Source: Acidimicrobiia bacterium
GTDB taxonomy: Bacteria; Actinomycetota; Acidimicrobiia; Spongiisociales; ZC4RG35
Reading direction: 5' to 3'
NCBI GenBank assembly: GCA_025937235.1
Contig: JAICRU010000005.1
Location: 38 to 64,037, forward strand
DNA length: 64,000 bases
Positions 36,949-46,999 of the stretch are shown here, piece by piece. Numbering within the stretch: position 1 is the stretch's first letter; each line of letters opens with the position of its first letter. A model generated the notes under the pieces. That model was given only the letters and a program-made list of their open reading frames with translations. It made no database searches and had not been told where the DNA came from. The position numbers were made by a program, and so were the translations under genes.

Positions 36949-37331
36949 GGCCCGACACCGGGGCCGGAACCGTCCTCATGCTCGGCCTCTGTGGCCTGAT
37001 CGCGACCGTGGGGGTGGGCACTGCGGCACTGGGTGTGCTCTACGACACCCGGGAAAAGGCGGCGACCGCAGCCGAGGCTGCGGCTCTGGCCGCGGCGGTG
37101 GCCACCCATCCCCCCGCGGCAGACGGTGCGCCCGACCGTCTCGCCGCCGAGCTGGCCCAGCGCAACGGGGCACGGTTGATCAGTTGCTGGTGTGACGTGG
37201 ACACATCCTTGAAGACTCGTGTCGTCGCGGTGACAGTCGCCCTGACCGCAAACGTGCCCTTGTTCGGCGAGGTGGCGGTGGGGAGGACGGCACGGGCCGA
37301 GTTCGAGCCCCGCGTCTGGCTGGGAAGATGA
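36945..37331 (+). CDS. Rv3654c-type TadE-like protein
   Basis: GAGTVLMLGLCGLIATVGVG ... KAATAAEAAALAAAVA fits the actinobacterial secretion-neighbourhood TadE-like pattern. The ATG overlaps the upstream stop (ATGA). Confidence 0.55.
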   Translation: MRPDTGAGTVLMLGLCGLIATVGVGTAALGVLYDTREKAATAAEAAALAAAVATHPPAADGAPDRLAAELAQRNGARLISCWCDVDTSLKTRVVAVTVALTANVPLFGEVAVGRTARAEFEPRVWLGR

Positions 37332-37364
37332 CCCGGGCGGCCGGTAGGGGGATAGGGTGGCTGC

Positions 37365-37739
37365 GTGACGGACAACAGGGACCGGGTAGTCACGTTCATC
37401 GAGAGCTTGGACGCTCGCGACTGGGAGAAATGGGCCGCCCTACTCCACCCGGAGGTGGTCTACGCGCTGCCTCAGACCCGGGAGCGAATCCGGGGCCGCG
37501 ACCGATATCTCCAGTTCAATCAGGAGTACCCGGGTGACTGGCATCTCAGGCTCGAGGTCGCGATCGCGGACGATGCCAACGGCGTGGCGTGGTTCGGCTG
37601 GGAGCTGCCCGGGGAGGAGCCGGCCGACGGGATGGCTTTCTTCACTTTCGCCGACGGCCTGATAACCATTGTCACCGACTTCTGGCCCGAGCCATACGAG
37701 CCGCCGCCCGGCCGGGAGCACCTCGTGGAGAGATGGTGA
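37365..37739 (+). CDS. SnoaL-like / NTF2-fold protein
   Basis: The 124-aa ORF has VVTFIESLDARDWEKWAALLHPEVVY... and a FADGLITIVTDFW pattern typical of the SnoaL-like fold. Confidence 0.55.
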   Translation: MTDNRDRVVTFIESLDARDWEKWAALLHPEVVYALPQTRERIRGRDRYLQFNQEYPGDWHLRLEVAIADDANGVAWFGWELPGEEPADGMAFFTFADGLITIVTDFWPEPYEPPPGREHLVERW

Positions 37740-37742
37740 CGG

Positions 37743-38234
37743 GTGGCCGGGCAGGCCACGAGGGCCACGGCTGAGCTGGACAGGGCCGGGGCTTCCTACC
37801 AGGTCCACCAGTACGCGGTCGACGAGAAGGTGGGCGAGGGATACGGCGAAGCGGTGGCCAAAGCCATAGGGATGGCGTCGGACCGCGTCTTCAAGACCCT
37901 GGTGGCCGAGGTCGATGACGAGGTCCTCGTCGCGGTGGTCCCGGTGGCGAGACGTCTCTCCGCGAAGAAGCTCGCCCAAGCCGTCGAGGGGAAGCGATGC
38001 GCGCTCGCCTCGCCGGCGACGGCAGAGAGGGACACCGGTTATGTCCCCGGCGGGATCAGCCCGTTCGGGCGGCGCAAGCGACAGCCTCTGGTCCTCGATT
38101 CCTCGGCGTTTCAGCACGAGACGATCGCGGTGTCTGGTGGGCGGCGGGGGCTGCAGCTGGAGCTGACTCCTGCGACTCTCCTCGAGGTCACCGGCGGGGT
38201 CACCGCGGACATCGCTGACGAGTGGCAGATCTAG
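37743..38234 (+). CDS. ybaK: Cys-tRNA(Pro)/Cys-tRNA(Cys) deacylase YbaK family
   Basis: FKTLV, TGYVPGGISPFG and IAVSGGRRGLQLEL are present, with a GTG start. Confidence 0.75.
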   Translation: MAGQATRATAELDRAGASYQVHQYAVDEKVGEGYGEAVAKAIGMASDRVFKTLVAEVDDEVLVAVVPVARRLSAKKLAQAVEGKRCALASPATAERDTGYVPGGISPFGRRKRQPLVLDSSAFQHETIAVSGGRRGLQLELTPATLLEVTGGVTADIADEWQI

Positions 38235-38243
38235 GCTCCCTTC

Positions 38244-39971
38244 ATGGCCACCCGTCTCGAAGTGCTGCGGATGCTGGCCGAGCTGGCGAAGCTCACGGAG
38301 ATCGACGAGGGCAGCTCCCAAGCCTTCAGGGTGCGGGCCTACGAGAATGCGTTTCACGGGATCGAGGGCTTCCAGGGAGAGCTGACCGGCCTCGACAAGA
38401 ACCAGCTCACCGAGATCAAAGGAGTCGGTGGGTCCACCGCCGACAAGATCCTCGAGTTCATGGAGACCGGGGAGGTGGCCAAGCTCACCGCGCTCCGTGA
38501 AAAGTACCCGCCATCATTCGTCGAGCTGACCAAGATCCCCGGCCTCGGCCCCAAGACCCTCAAGCTGATCAGGGCCGAGCTCGGTGTCGAGGACATCGAA
38601 GGGCTGCGCGAGGCCATCGCCGCGGAGCAGCTGCGTGAGCTGCCCGGGCTGGGGAAGACCTCCGAGGAGAAGATCGCCAAGGCGATCGACCGGCTCGGTC
38701 TCCACGGCAAGGATCGCCGTACCCCGTTGGTGGAGGCCCTTCCGCTGGCCCGCTCCCTGGCCGCCCGCATCTCAGCGCTCGACGGAGTGGAGACGGCCGT
38801 GCCTTGTGGGTCGATCCGACGATTCGCCGACACCGTGGGCGACATCGACATCGTGGTCGCAACGACCGAACCGAGCTCGGTGTCCGAATTCGTGGCCCGT
38901 CTGCCCGAAGTAGCCGAGCTCATCGGCTCTGGCGGGACCAAGACCTCATTCCTGACCAGGGAAGGCATGCAGGTCGACGTCCGCACCGTAGAGCCGGCCC
39001 AAATCGGCTCCGCCCTCCTCTACTTCACGGGATCGAAGACTCACAACATCGCCTTGAGACAGCGCGCCATCGATCGGGGATGGGTGCTCAGCGAATACGG
39101 GCTCTTCGAGGACGACCGGGTCATCGCCGCGGCCACGGAGGAGGACATCTACAAGGCTCTGGAATTGCAGCTCGTCCCGCCCCCGTTGCGTGAGGGAACC
39201 CATGAGATAGAGGCGGCCAGCACCGGGGAGCTGCCGTCATTGATCCAGCGGGACCAGATCAAGGGGGACCTCCACTACCACTCCGACCGGTCAGGGGACG
39301 GGCGGTCCACGATCGAGGAGATGGTCGAGGCAGCGCTGGCTCAGGGGTACGAGTACGTCGCCTTCACCGATCACGGAGAGGATCTGGCCATCAACGGGTC
39401 GAGCCGGGAGGTGATGCTCCAGCACCGGGACAGGATCCGTGCCGTCCAGGACCGGTATCCCGACATCCGGCTTCTCTTCGGTTGCGAGCTCAACATCGGG
39501 CCCGACGGCGGTCTCGACTACGACCCCGAATTCAGGATGGAGTTCGACTACTGCGTCGCCTCGATCCACTCCCATTTCGACTTGTCCCGGGAAGGGCAGA
39601 CCGTCCGGATCCTCAACGCGCTCCACGACCCGGCGGTCAATGCCATCGGGCATCTCAGCGGGCGCTACGTGGGTCGGCGGCCCGGTGTCGAGCTCGACAT
39701 CGACGTCGTGCTCGAGGCCCTCGAGGTCACCGGTGTGGCGCTGGAGATCAACGGCGCGCTCGATCGCCTCGACGCGACCGCCGAGGTGTCACGTCTCGCC
39801 ATGACCCGTGACATCGACTTTGTCATCGACACCGACTCACATCACACCGGTGACCTGGTGCGGATGGATTACGGGGTCACCTATGCGCAGCGGGGCTGGG
39901 TCACCACCGAGCGGGTGGCAAACGCCAAGCCACTCAAAGAGTTCCTGACCTGGGCGGCCAGGCGACGCTGA
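38244..39971 (+). CDS. polX: Family X DNA polymerase with C-terminal PHP phosphoesterase domain (PolX)
   Basis: The N-terminus has helix-hairpin-helix modules (RVRAYENA, IKGVGGSTADKI, IPGLGPKTLKLI). GSIRRFADTVGDIDIVV is the nucleotidyltransferase motif. The PHP His-rich motifs are GDLHYHSDRSGDG, AFTDHG and DTDSH. Confidence 0.9.
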   Translation: MATRLEVLRMLAELAKLTEIDEGSSQAFRVRAYENAFHGIEGFQGELTGLDKNQLTEIKGVGGSTADKILEFMETGEVAKLTALREKYPPSFVELTKIPGLGPKTLKLIRAELGVEDIEGLREAIAAEQLRELPGLGKTSEEKIAKAIDRLGLHGKDRRTPLVEALPLARSLAARISALDGVETAVPCGSIRRFADTVGDIDIVVATTEPSSVSEFVARLPEVAELIGSGGTKTSFLTREGMQVDVRTVEPAQIGSALLYFTGSKTHNIALRQRAIDRGWVLSEYGLFEDDRVIAAATEEDIYKALELQLVPPPLREGTHEIEAASTGELPSLIQRDQIKGDLHYHSDRSGDGRSTIEEMVEAALAQGYEYVAFTDHGEDLAINGSSREVMLQHRDRIRAVQDRYPDIRLLFGCELNIGPDGGLDYDPEFRMEFDYCVASIHSHFDLSREGQTVRILNALHDPAVNAIGHLSGRYVGRRPGVELDIDVVLEALEVTGVALEINGALDRLDATAEVSRLAMTRDIDFVIDTDSHHTGDLVRMDYGVTYAQRGWVTTERVANAKPLKEFLTWAARRR

Positions 39972-39987
39972 TCGCTAGGTTGGCGGC

Positions 39988-40410
39988 ATGGCCAAGCCAT
40001 ACGAGGCCAGCGCCAATATCAACCGGCTCACGTCCTGGATGGCGCGAAGAGGTTGGGGTCGGACCGAGGTGCTGACCACCACCGGGCGGATGAGTGGGAA
40101 ATCGCGCCAGGTGCCGGTGAGCCCAATCGAGCTGGGCGGCTCCGAATACCTGGTCGCGCCCTACGGTGAGGTGGCGTGGGTGCGCAACGTGCGCTCTGAT
40201 CCAAACGTGACCCTGCGCCACGGGTCGAGCGAGCGACGGGTGCGTCTCGAGGAGGTAGCGGGTCACGTGGCGACAGAGGCCGTCGCCGCCTACTACGCCA
40301 GGGAGACATTTCCCCGCCCCTACATGGATGTCCCGGACAACCCGACGACGGCCGACTTCGCGGCAACGGCGGGCCGGTTCCCGGTGTTCCGGGTCGAGGC
40401 TCGAGGCTGA
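39988..40410 (+). CDS. Deazaflavin(F420)-dependent nitroreductase-family (DDN-like) protein
   Basis: LTTTGRMSGKSRQVPVSPIELGGSEYLVAPYGEVAWVRNVRSDPNVTL follows the same family pattern as 6148-6537. Confidence 0.6.
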   Translation: MAKPYEASANINRLTSWMARRGWGRTEVLTTTGRMSGKSRQVPVSPIELGGSEYLVAPYGEVAWVRNVRSDPNVTLRHGSSERRVRLEEVAGHVATEAVAAYYARETFPRPYMDVPDNPTTADFAATAGRFPVFRVEARG

Positions 40411-40447
40411 CCGACGACGATCCTTGTAATTCGTTGCGGCCGGCGGG

Positions 40448-41794
40448 ATGCTGTGGTCCTTGGCGAACACCTCTGAGCATGCCGACCCGGTGGCCACGTA
40501 CGTTCTCGACACCTGTGTGCTTCTCGCCGACCCGCAGTCGCCACTCAGATTCGACGAGCACGATGTCGTCTTGCCGTTGGTGGTAGTCGAAGAGCTCGAC
40601 CGGAAGAAGACCCGGATGGATGAAGTCGGGGCCAACGCCCGGGCGGCCATTCGCCTGCTCGAGGACCTGGGCGCGTCACGCTCCGGCGGGATGCGTGAGC
40701 CAGTGCCGATTCCGGGCGGCGGGACTCTCAGGATCGAGCTCAACGGCGTGGTGTCCGACCGTCTCCCCGCCGTTCTCGACCCGATCTCCCCGGACCACAG
40801 GATCCTGGCCACCTGCCTGAACCTGCACGAGCAGGCCCCGGCGGTCCTGGTCACCAAGGACGCTTCACTCCGGATCAAGGGTGCCCAGCTCGGTGTCCCC
40901 GTCCAGGACTATCGCGCCGACACGGTGCCGGTGGAACAGCTGCAATCAGGTCTAGTCGAGCATCTCACCGACGGGGAGACGATCGACCGTCTGTTCGACG
41001 AGGGGAAGATCGCTCTGCAAGGGCTCGAGGCCATGGTCAACCAATTCGTCCTACTCAGATCAGGGTCCTCGCGCTCGGCACTCGCCCGCGTGATCCAGGC
41101 CGAGCCAACCGTTGTCGTCGAACGGGTTCCGGGCCATGTCCGTGCCTTCGGAGTGGAGCCGAAGAACGTGAGGCAGACCGTCGCCCTTCACCAGCTGCTC
41201 GACCCGGACATCCCGGCCGTGTCCCTCATGGGCATGGCCGGGACGGGCAAGACGTTTCTGGCCCTCGCCGCCGCCCTGGAACAGGTCCTCGAGCAGGGGC
41301 GGTACCGCCGGGTATCTGTCTACCGACCGCTGGTCGCAGTAGGACGGCAGGAAGTGGGCTATCTGCCTGGGGATCTCAACGAGAAGTTGGCCCCCTGGAT
41401 GGCAGCGGTGCACGACAACCTATACGCCCTGTTCTCCGACGCAGGGGTGGATGGGGCCAAACACGCCATCGAAGAGCTGGTCGACCGCGGGGAGCTCGAG
41501 ATGGCGGCTGTCACCTATCTTCGTGGACGCTCGATCACCGGCGAGTTCGTCATCATCGATGAGGCACAGAACCTGGAGCTGCCCACCCTGAAGGTGATCC
41601 TCACCCGAATGTCGCGGGATTCGAAGGTGGTGTTCTGTGGTGACCTGACCCAGGTCGACAACCCGTACATCTCACCTTTCGGGGGCATGGCCGCGCTGAT
41701 CGAGAAGTTAAAGGGGTCGCCACTCTTCGGGCACGTCACCCTGGAGAAGACGGTTCGCTCGCCGCTGGCCGAGATGGCTGCCACGGTGCTCTGA
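40448..41794 (+). CDS. phoH2: PIN-domain / PhoH-like ATPase fusion (PhoH2/YlaK type)
   Basis: The N-terminal YVLDTCVLLADP ... VVVEELD is a PIN domain. The C-terminal half has GMAGTGKTFLA (Walker A), FVIIDEAQN and VFCGDLTQVD, which are PhoH motifs. Confidence 0.85.
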   Translation: MLWSLANTSEHADPVATYVLDTCVLLADPQSPLRFDEHDVVLPLVVVEELDRKKTRMDEVGANARAAIRLLEDLGASRSGGMREPVPIPGGGTLRIELNGVVSDRLPAVLDPISPDHRILATCLNLHEQAPAVLVTKDASLRIKGAQLGVPVQDYRADTVPVEQLQSGLVEHLTDGETIDRLFDEGKIALQGLEAMVNQFVLLRSGSSRSALARVIQAEPTVVVERVPGHVRAFGVEPKNVRQTVALHQLLDPDIPAVSLMGMAGTGKTFLALAAALEQVLEQGRYRRVSVYRPLVAVGRQEVGYLPGDLNEKLAPWMAAVHDNLYALFSDAGVDGAKHAIEELVDRGELEMAAVTYLRGRSITGEFVIIDEAQNLELPTLKVILTRMSRDSKVVFCGDLTQVDNPYISPFGGMAALIEKLKGSPLFGHVTLEKTVRSPLAEMAATVL

Positions 41795-41858
41795 CCTGAG
41801 AAATTGGGACCGAAAGCCTCCGCATGTGACATCGCTCGTCCCAATTCGCAACGGGAGG

Positions 41859-44423
41859 TCAGCTTCCGATCCGCTCCCGACGGGCGGCGAGCAGCTCAGC
41901 GGCCCGTTCGATGGTGATGGTCTCCGGCGAGTCGCCCTGACGGAGAGAGGCGTTGACCTCGCCGTCGGTGACATACGGCCCATAACGCCCGGTCCGCACG
42001 GTGACAGACTTTCCGCTCACCGGGTCCTGGCCCAGCTCCTTCAGCGCTGCCGCAGCCCGCTGGCCTCGCCGGCGAGGAGGCTCGGCCAGTATTCGGAGCG
42101 CCTCTTCCACGGTGAGGGTGAACAGCTGGTCCTCGCTCTCCAGGCTGCGCCGATCGGAGCCGCGCTGGATATAGGGCCCATATCGGCCGTTGAGGGCGAT
42201 GATCTCGACGCCCTCTGAGTCGGTGCCTACGGTGCGGGGAAGGGAGAGGAGGCTGAGCGCGGTGTCAAGCGACAACTCGTCCAGCGACATCGTCTTGAAC
42301 AGGGATGCCCGTCTCGGCCTCTCCTTGCTGCCCTCCTCGACCTCGCCCAGCTGCACGTACGGCCCGAAGCGACCGGTCTTTCCGTAAACGGTCAACCCGG
42401 TCTCGGGGTCGGTCCCGAAGATCTTGTCGCCGGCGTTCTGATGCTGGACCAGTTCGATGGCCTTCTCGACCGTAAGCTCGTCGGGGGGTAGGTCTTCCGG
42501 GATGGATGCCCTCTCCTCCCCGATCTCGACATAGGGCCCGTATCTACCGATCCTGGCCACCACGTCGGTGCCCGACTCGTCGGTCCCGATCGGTATCGAG
42601 CCCACCGCCCTCGGGTCGATCTCGTCGAGGTGGGTGGCCACCTTGTGCTTGAGCCCATCGTCGCCGAAGTAGAACTGGGTGAGCCAGGGAACCGATTCCT
42701 CCTGCCCGGCGGCGATGCGGTCGAGATCGTCCTCCATGGAGGCGGTGAAGCTGTAGTCGACGAGTTGGGGGAAGTGCTTTTCGAGCAGGCCCACCACACC
42801 GAAGGCGACGAAGGTCGGGACCAACGCCGAGCCCTTCTTCCATACATATCCCCGATCCTGGATCGTGGTCATGATGGAGGCATAGGTCGAGGGCCGACCC
42901 ACTCCGAGCTCTTCGAGACGCTGCACGAGTGAGGCCTCGGTGTATCGGGCGGGGGGACGAGTCTCGTGCCCGGTCGGCTCGAGGCTCTGGACGGCCAGCG
43001 GGTCGCCTGCGGTGAGCGGGGGTAGGGCGCGCTCCTTGTCCTCGGGGTCGGACTCGGGATCGTCGCTGCCTTGGACGTAGACCCGCATGAAGCCAGGGAA
43101 GGTGATGGTCCTGCCGCTGGTACCGAAGACGGCTTTCCTGCCATCGGCTGTCTCCGCTCCCAGCCGGGCGGACACGCTGACACCGACAGCATCGGCCATC
43201 TGCGACGCAAGGGTTCGCTTCCAGATGAGCTCGTAGAGCCGGGCCTCGTCCGGGCCGACCGCGGAGGCCATCTGCTCCGGCGTCTGGAATTGGTCGTCCC
43301 CGGCGGGGCGGATCGCCTCATGGGCCTCCTGGGCACCCTTCACCTTCGATGCGTAGGTGCGGGGCTTGGGAGAGAGGTATTCCTCCCCATACAACTTGGT
43401 GATCTGCGATCGAGCCGAGGCCAGGGCCGATTCGGCCAGCGATGTCGAGTCGGTGCGCATATACGTGATGTATCCGTTCTCGTAGAGGCGCTGGGCTACC
43501 GACATCGTGCGGGACGAGGAGAAGCGAAGCTTCCGCGCAGCCTCCTGCTGCAGGGTCGAGGTCCGGAACGGGGGTTGGGGGGAGCGGCGGTATGGCTTCT
43601 CCTCGACCGACTGCACCTCGAACCTCGATTCGAGCAGGCCTTGGGCGAGTGCGGTCGCCCCCTCCTGATCGAGGACGAGGGCTCCCGGTTTCGGCTTACC
43701 GGTCGAGTCGAACTCCTTGCCGGTGGCGACGCGTGACTCGTCGACCTGGAACAGGGTTGCCTCGAACACGCGATCGAGATCGTCGACCGGGGCAAAGGTC
43801 CCCTCCAGGCTCCAGTACGAAGCAGCCGTGAACCGCATTCGCTCCCGCTCCCGTTCCACGACGATGCGCACCGCCACGCTCTGCACCCTGCCGGCGGAAA
43901 GCCCTTGCTGGACCTTTCGCCACAGAACGGGAGAGACCTCGAAGCCGTAGAGACGGTCGAGGATGCGCCGGGCCTCCTGGGCCTGCACCAGCCGAAGATC
44001 GAGGTCACGGGGGTTGGCGAAGGCGTCCTCGATGGCATGCTGGGTGATCTCGTGGAACACCATGCGGTGCACCGGCACCTTCGGTCTGAGGGCCTCGGTC
44101 AGGTGCCAGGCGATCGACTCTCCTTCGCGATCCTCGTCGGTAGCCAGATAGAGCTGGTCCACTCCCGCCAGCAGCTCCTTGAGCTTCTTGACTCTGTCTT
44201 TTCTCTCCTTGGGGATCACATAGAGCGGTTCGAAGTCGTTGTCGACGTCCACGCCGAGACGGGCCCAGCCCTTGCCTTTTGCGCTCGCCGGGATCTCCGC
44301 CGCCGAGCGGGGCAGGTCGCGGATGTGGCCCATCGACGACTCCACGGCCACGTCCGGCCCGAGGAAACCTGAGATGGTTCGGGCCTTGGTCGGCGACTCC
44401 ACTATGACGAGGCTCTTGGGCAT
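41859..44423 (-). CDS. topA: DNA topoisomerase I
   Basis: The TOPRIM N-terminus is LVIVESPTKARTI and LATDEDREGE. The active-site region is ITYMRTDS. The basic C-terminus has repeated GRYGPY motifs typical of actinobacterial TopA. The start is at MPKSLVIV. Confidence 0.95.
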   Translation of the reverse strand: MPKSLVIVESPTKARTISGFLGPDVAVESSMGHIRDLPRSAAEIPASAKGKGWARLGVDVDNDFEPLYVIPKERKDRVKKLKELLAGVDQLYLATDEDREGESIAWHLTEALRPKVPVHRMVFHEITQHAIEDAFANPRDLDLRLVQAQEARRILDRLYGFEVSPVLWRKVQQGLSAGRVQSVAVRIVVERERERMRFTAASYWSLEGTFAPVDDLDRVFEATLFQVDESRVATGKEFDSTGKPKPGALVLDQEGATALAQGLLESRFEVQSVEEKPYRRSPQPPFRTSTLQQEAARKLRFSSSRTMSVAQRLYENGYITYMRTDSTSLAESALASARSQITKLYGEEYLSPKPRTYASKVKGAQEAHEAIRPAGDDQFQTPEQMASAVGPDEARLYELIWKRTLASQMADAVGVSVSARLGAETADGRKAVFGTSGRTITFPGFMRVYVQGSDDPESDPEDKERALPPLTAGDPLAVQSLEPTGHETRPPARYTEASLVQRLEELGVGRPSTYASIMTTIQDRGYVWKKGSALVPTFVAFGVVGLLEKHFPQLVDYSFTASMEDDLDRIAAGQEESVPWLTQFYFGDDGLKHKVATHLDEIDPRAVGSIPIGTDESGTDVVARIGRYGPYVEIGEERASIPEDLPPDELTVEKAIELVQHQNAGDKIFGTDPETGLTVYGKTGRFGPYVQLGEVEEGSKERPRRASLFKTMSLDELSLDTALSLLSLPRTVGTDSEGVEIIALNGRYGPYIQRGSDRRSLESEDQLFTLTVEEALRILAEPPRRRGQRAAAALKELGQDPVSGKSVTVRTGRYGPYVTDGEVNASLRQGDSPETITIERAAELLAARRERIGS

Positions 44424-44501
44424 GGGGTGGTGAGTTGACTTGATGAGACGGGCCGATGTCAACACGACCCGTGTCCCGGGGGACCGTTACCGTCTGTCAC
44501 A

Positions 44502-45116
44502 GTGACAGGGAAAGGACCCCGAAACCACCGATATATTGCGCTGGAGGGCGGCGATGGCAGTGGCAAGACCACCTTGTCTGCCGCATTGGCATCCCGTCTG
44601 CGGGCCAATGGGGATGAGGTGGTGGAGGTGCGGGAGCCCGGCGGCACGTCGCTCGGCGAGCAAATTCGCGAGCTCTTGCTGGACTCAGCTCACGTTGATC
44701 CATGGGCGGAGGCGCTGCTGTTCGCCGCCCAGCGGGCCCAGCTGATGCGTGAGGTCGTAGCCCCCGCCTTGGAGCGCGGCGCATGGGTGATCAGCGACCG
44801 CACCTACTACTCCTCGATCAGCTATCAGGGCCGGGCACGTGGCCTGGGGGTGGACCTGGTTCGCCAGATCAACGAGGCTGCACTGGGTGGGGTGGAACCG
44901 GGGCGTGTCTTCGTCATAGAGGTCGATTCCGGCACCGCTCTGGCCCGTCAGGGCCGGCCCGATCGGATCGGTAGCGAGAGCCTGGAGTTCCAGGAGGCGG
45001 TGAGAGCCGGCTATCGGGACCTCGCCATTGCCGAGCCGGATCGGGTGACGTTGCTCGACGGCGCCGAATCGGTGGAAGAGCTGGTGGAGCAGGTGTTGGG
45101 GGTGATCGAAAGATGA
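44502..45116 (+). CDS. tmk: dTMP (thymidylate) kinase
   Basis: YIALEGGDGSGKTT (P-loop), REPGGT and SDRTYYSSISYQG are present. Confidence 0.9.
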   Translation: MTGKGPRNHRYIALEGGDGSGKTTLSAALASRLRANGDEVVEVREPGGTSLGEQIRELLLDSAHVDPWAEALLFAAQRAQLMREVVAPALERGAWVISDRTYYSSISYQGRARGLGVDLVRQINEAALGGVEPGRVFVIEVDSGTALARQGRPDRIGSESLEFQEAVRAGYRDLAIAEPDRVTLLDGAESVEELVEQVLGVIER

Positions 45117-46150
45117 TTGACCCATTCGACGGGGTGATCGGCCACGATCGGGTGGTGGACCTGCTCCGACGTGAGGTCTCCTCACCCGCCCAGGCATACC
45201 TCTTCACAGGACCGGACTCGGTGGGGAAGGGCACGCTGGCCAGCCGGTTCGCCGCCGCTCTGCTCTGTCCCGATGCGGGCAGGCATCAGGTGGAGTGTCG
45301 TTCCTGCCGTCTGGTCCGGGTCGGCGCTCACCCCGACGTGACCGTGGTCGAGCCCGAGGGCGCGACCAGCCTCGGGGTCGACCAGGCGCGAACGGTCGTG
45401 ACCAGAGCCTCTCTTCGACCGGTCGAATCGGAGCGTTCCGTGTTCCTCATCCCGGAGGCAGGATCGATGACCGAGCAGGCAGCAAATGCTCTGCTCAAGA
45501 CCCTCGAAGAGCCAACGGCGTCGGTTGTCTTCCTCCTGGTGGCCGAGTCCGAAGACGACTTCCCGGCCACGGTCGCTTCCCGATGCCGCACAGTCCATGT
45601 CGGCAGGGTGCCGCTGCCGACCATGGTGGCCGCCCTCGGGGAGCGAGGCATGGATCAGGCGATGGCCGAGAGCGTGACGGTCGTATCGGGGGGTCGACCC
45701 GGGCTCGCCCTGGCCCTGATGGACCGGGCGGAGGTGTCTCAGTTTCGTGACCTATGGCTCTCGATCCCTGGTGAGGTGACGGCTCATCCAGGGGACGGGC
45801 ACCGCCTCGCCGCGATCGTCCTCGCCGAGATCAGCCCCCTCGTCGACCAGTCCGTGTCCGGGGAGATGTCCAAAGACCGTGAGCAGCGGGCGCGGAGAAG
45901 GGCCGAGCAGTCGCTTCTCGTCAACGGGCTGGAGATCCTCGCCTCCTGGTACACCGACTCGGCGTCGCTGCAGATGGGGGGCCCGGTGCGCAATTCCGAC
46001 CTCCCCCTCGGCGGGTTCACCGACGTCAGCCCACGCAAGGCGGTTGCGTCGGCCGAGAAGATCCTCGACGCGGTGGTCGATATCCACGCCAACCTTCGAC
46101 GTGAGCTGGTCCTGGCCAACCTCTTCGCCGGTCTCGGCTCCGAAGACTGA
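45113..46150 (+). CDS. holB: DNA polymerase III subunit delta-prime
   Basis: AYLFTGPDSVGKGTLA, the zinc module C..C..C and NALLKTLEEP are present. The start overlaps the tmk stop. Confidence 0.85.
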   Translation: MIDPFDGVIGHDRVVDLLRREVSSPAQAYLFTGPDSVGKGTLASRFAAALLCPDAGRHQVECRSCRLVRVGAHPDVTVVEPEGATSLGVDQARTVVTRASLRPVESERSVFLIPEAGSMTEQAANALLKTLEEPTASVVFLLVAESEDDFPATVASRCRTVHVGRVPLPTMVAALGERGMDQAMAESVTVVSGGRPGLALALMDRAEVSQFRDLWLSIPGEVTAHPGDGHRLAAIVLAEISPLVDQSVSGEMSKDREQRARRRAEQSLLVNGLEILASWYTDSASLQMGGPVRNSDLPLGGFTDVSPRKAVASAEKILDAVVDIHANLRRELVLANLFAGLGSED

Positions 46151-46239
46151 TACTTGTCCTCCTCCCGAGACATGGCTCGATGGGGAGACCAAGGGTCATC
46201 TGGCCCAGGGGACGCTCTGGCTTTACCATTGGGACTCCC

Positions 46240-46311
46240 GCCGGAGTAGCTCAGTGGTAGAGCAACGCACTCGTAATGCGTAGGCCAGGGGTTCGACTCC
46301 CCTCTCCGGCT
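46240..46311 (+). tRNA. tRNA-Thr (anticodon CGU)
   Basis: GCCGGAGTAGCTCAGTGGTAGAGCAACGCACTCGTAATGCGTAGGCCAGGGGTTCGACTCCCCTCTCCGGCT forms a canonical cloverleaf. The acceptor is GCCGGAG/CTCCGGC, the anticodon loop is CTCGTAA and the T loop is TTCGACT. Confidence 0.9.
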
Positions 46312-46345
46312 CCGTCGACTCCGGCTTGGTCCTGGCCCGAGGCCC

Positions 46346-46999
46346 GTGGCCGACTCCGCCCGTTCAACGAACCCGAGACCGGACTTAGGGCTTTCCCCCG
46401 CTGCCCTGTACCGTTCCATCGTGGCTGACCAGGCCAACTTCGAGCGCGACGCCATGCAGTTCGCTCCTCAGCTCTACAGCGCTGCCATGCGCATGACCCG
46501 CAACCCGGCCGACGCCGAGGACCTGGTGCAGGAGACGTTCCTCAAGGCATACCGGGCATATCACACCTTCGAAGAGGGAACCAACCTCAAAGCATGGCTC
46601 TACCGGATCCTGACCAACACCTATATCAACAAGTACCGCAAGGACTCGCGGCGCCCGTCCGAGGTCGACCTTGGCGCGGTGGAGGATCTCTACCTCTATC
46701 GAAACATCGGCTCCGAGGAATCCGCCGAGGCGGCGCGGTCGACCGAGGAGCGCGTGCTGGACGGGTTGGTCGAGTCCGATATCAAGGAGGCGGTCGAGGA
46801 TCTGCCCGAGAATTTCCGTCTCCCTGTCCTCCTAGCCGATCTAGCCGGTTTCTCCTACAAAGAGATAGCCGACATCCTCGACATACCCATCGGTACCGTC
46901 ATGTCGCGCCTGCACCGGGGAAGAAAGGCGATGGAGAAATCGTTATGGGATTACGCAGTCAAGAGAGGCCTTGTGCCTGAAGGCGCGGAGCGACCATGA
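46346..46999 (+). CDS. sigH: ECF sigma factor of the SigH/SigR (thiol-oxidative stress) type
   Basis: [58 protein letters not shown] and [15 protein letters not shown] are very close to the SigH/SigR pattern as I recall it. A ZAS anti-sigma gene follows. An alternative start is GTG 46421. Confidence 0.8.
   Translation: MADSARSTNPRPDLGLSPAALYRSIVADQANFERDAMQFAPQLYSAAMRMTRNPADAEDLVQETFLKAYRAYHTFEEGTNLKAWLYRILTNTYINKYRKDSRRPSEVDLGAVEDLYLYRNIGSEESAEAARSTEERVLDGLVESDIKEAVEDLPENFRLPVLLADLAGFSYKEIADILDIPIGTVMSRLHRGRKAMEKSLWDYAVKRGLVPEGAERP

Noticed and set aside
46314-46420. SigH/SigR-type autoregulatory promoter (GGAAT-N18-GTT) upstream of the sigH-like gene
   Set aside because: I looked for it by eye and found no acceptable match in this interval. 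It may lie inside the long-form N-terminus or be too divergent to recognise.
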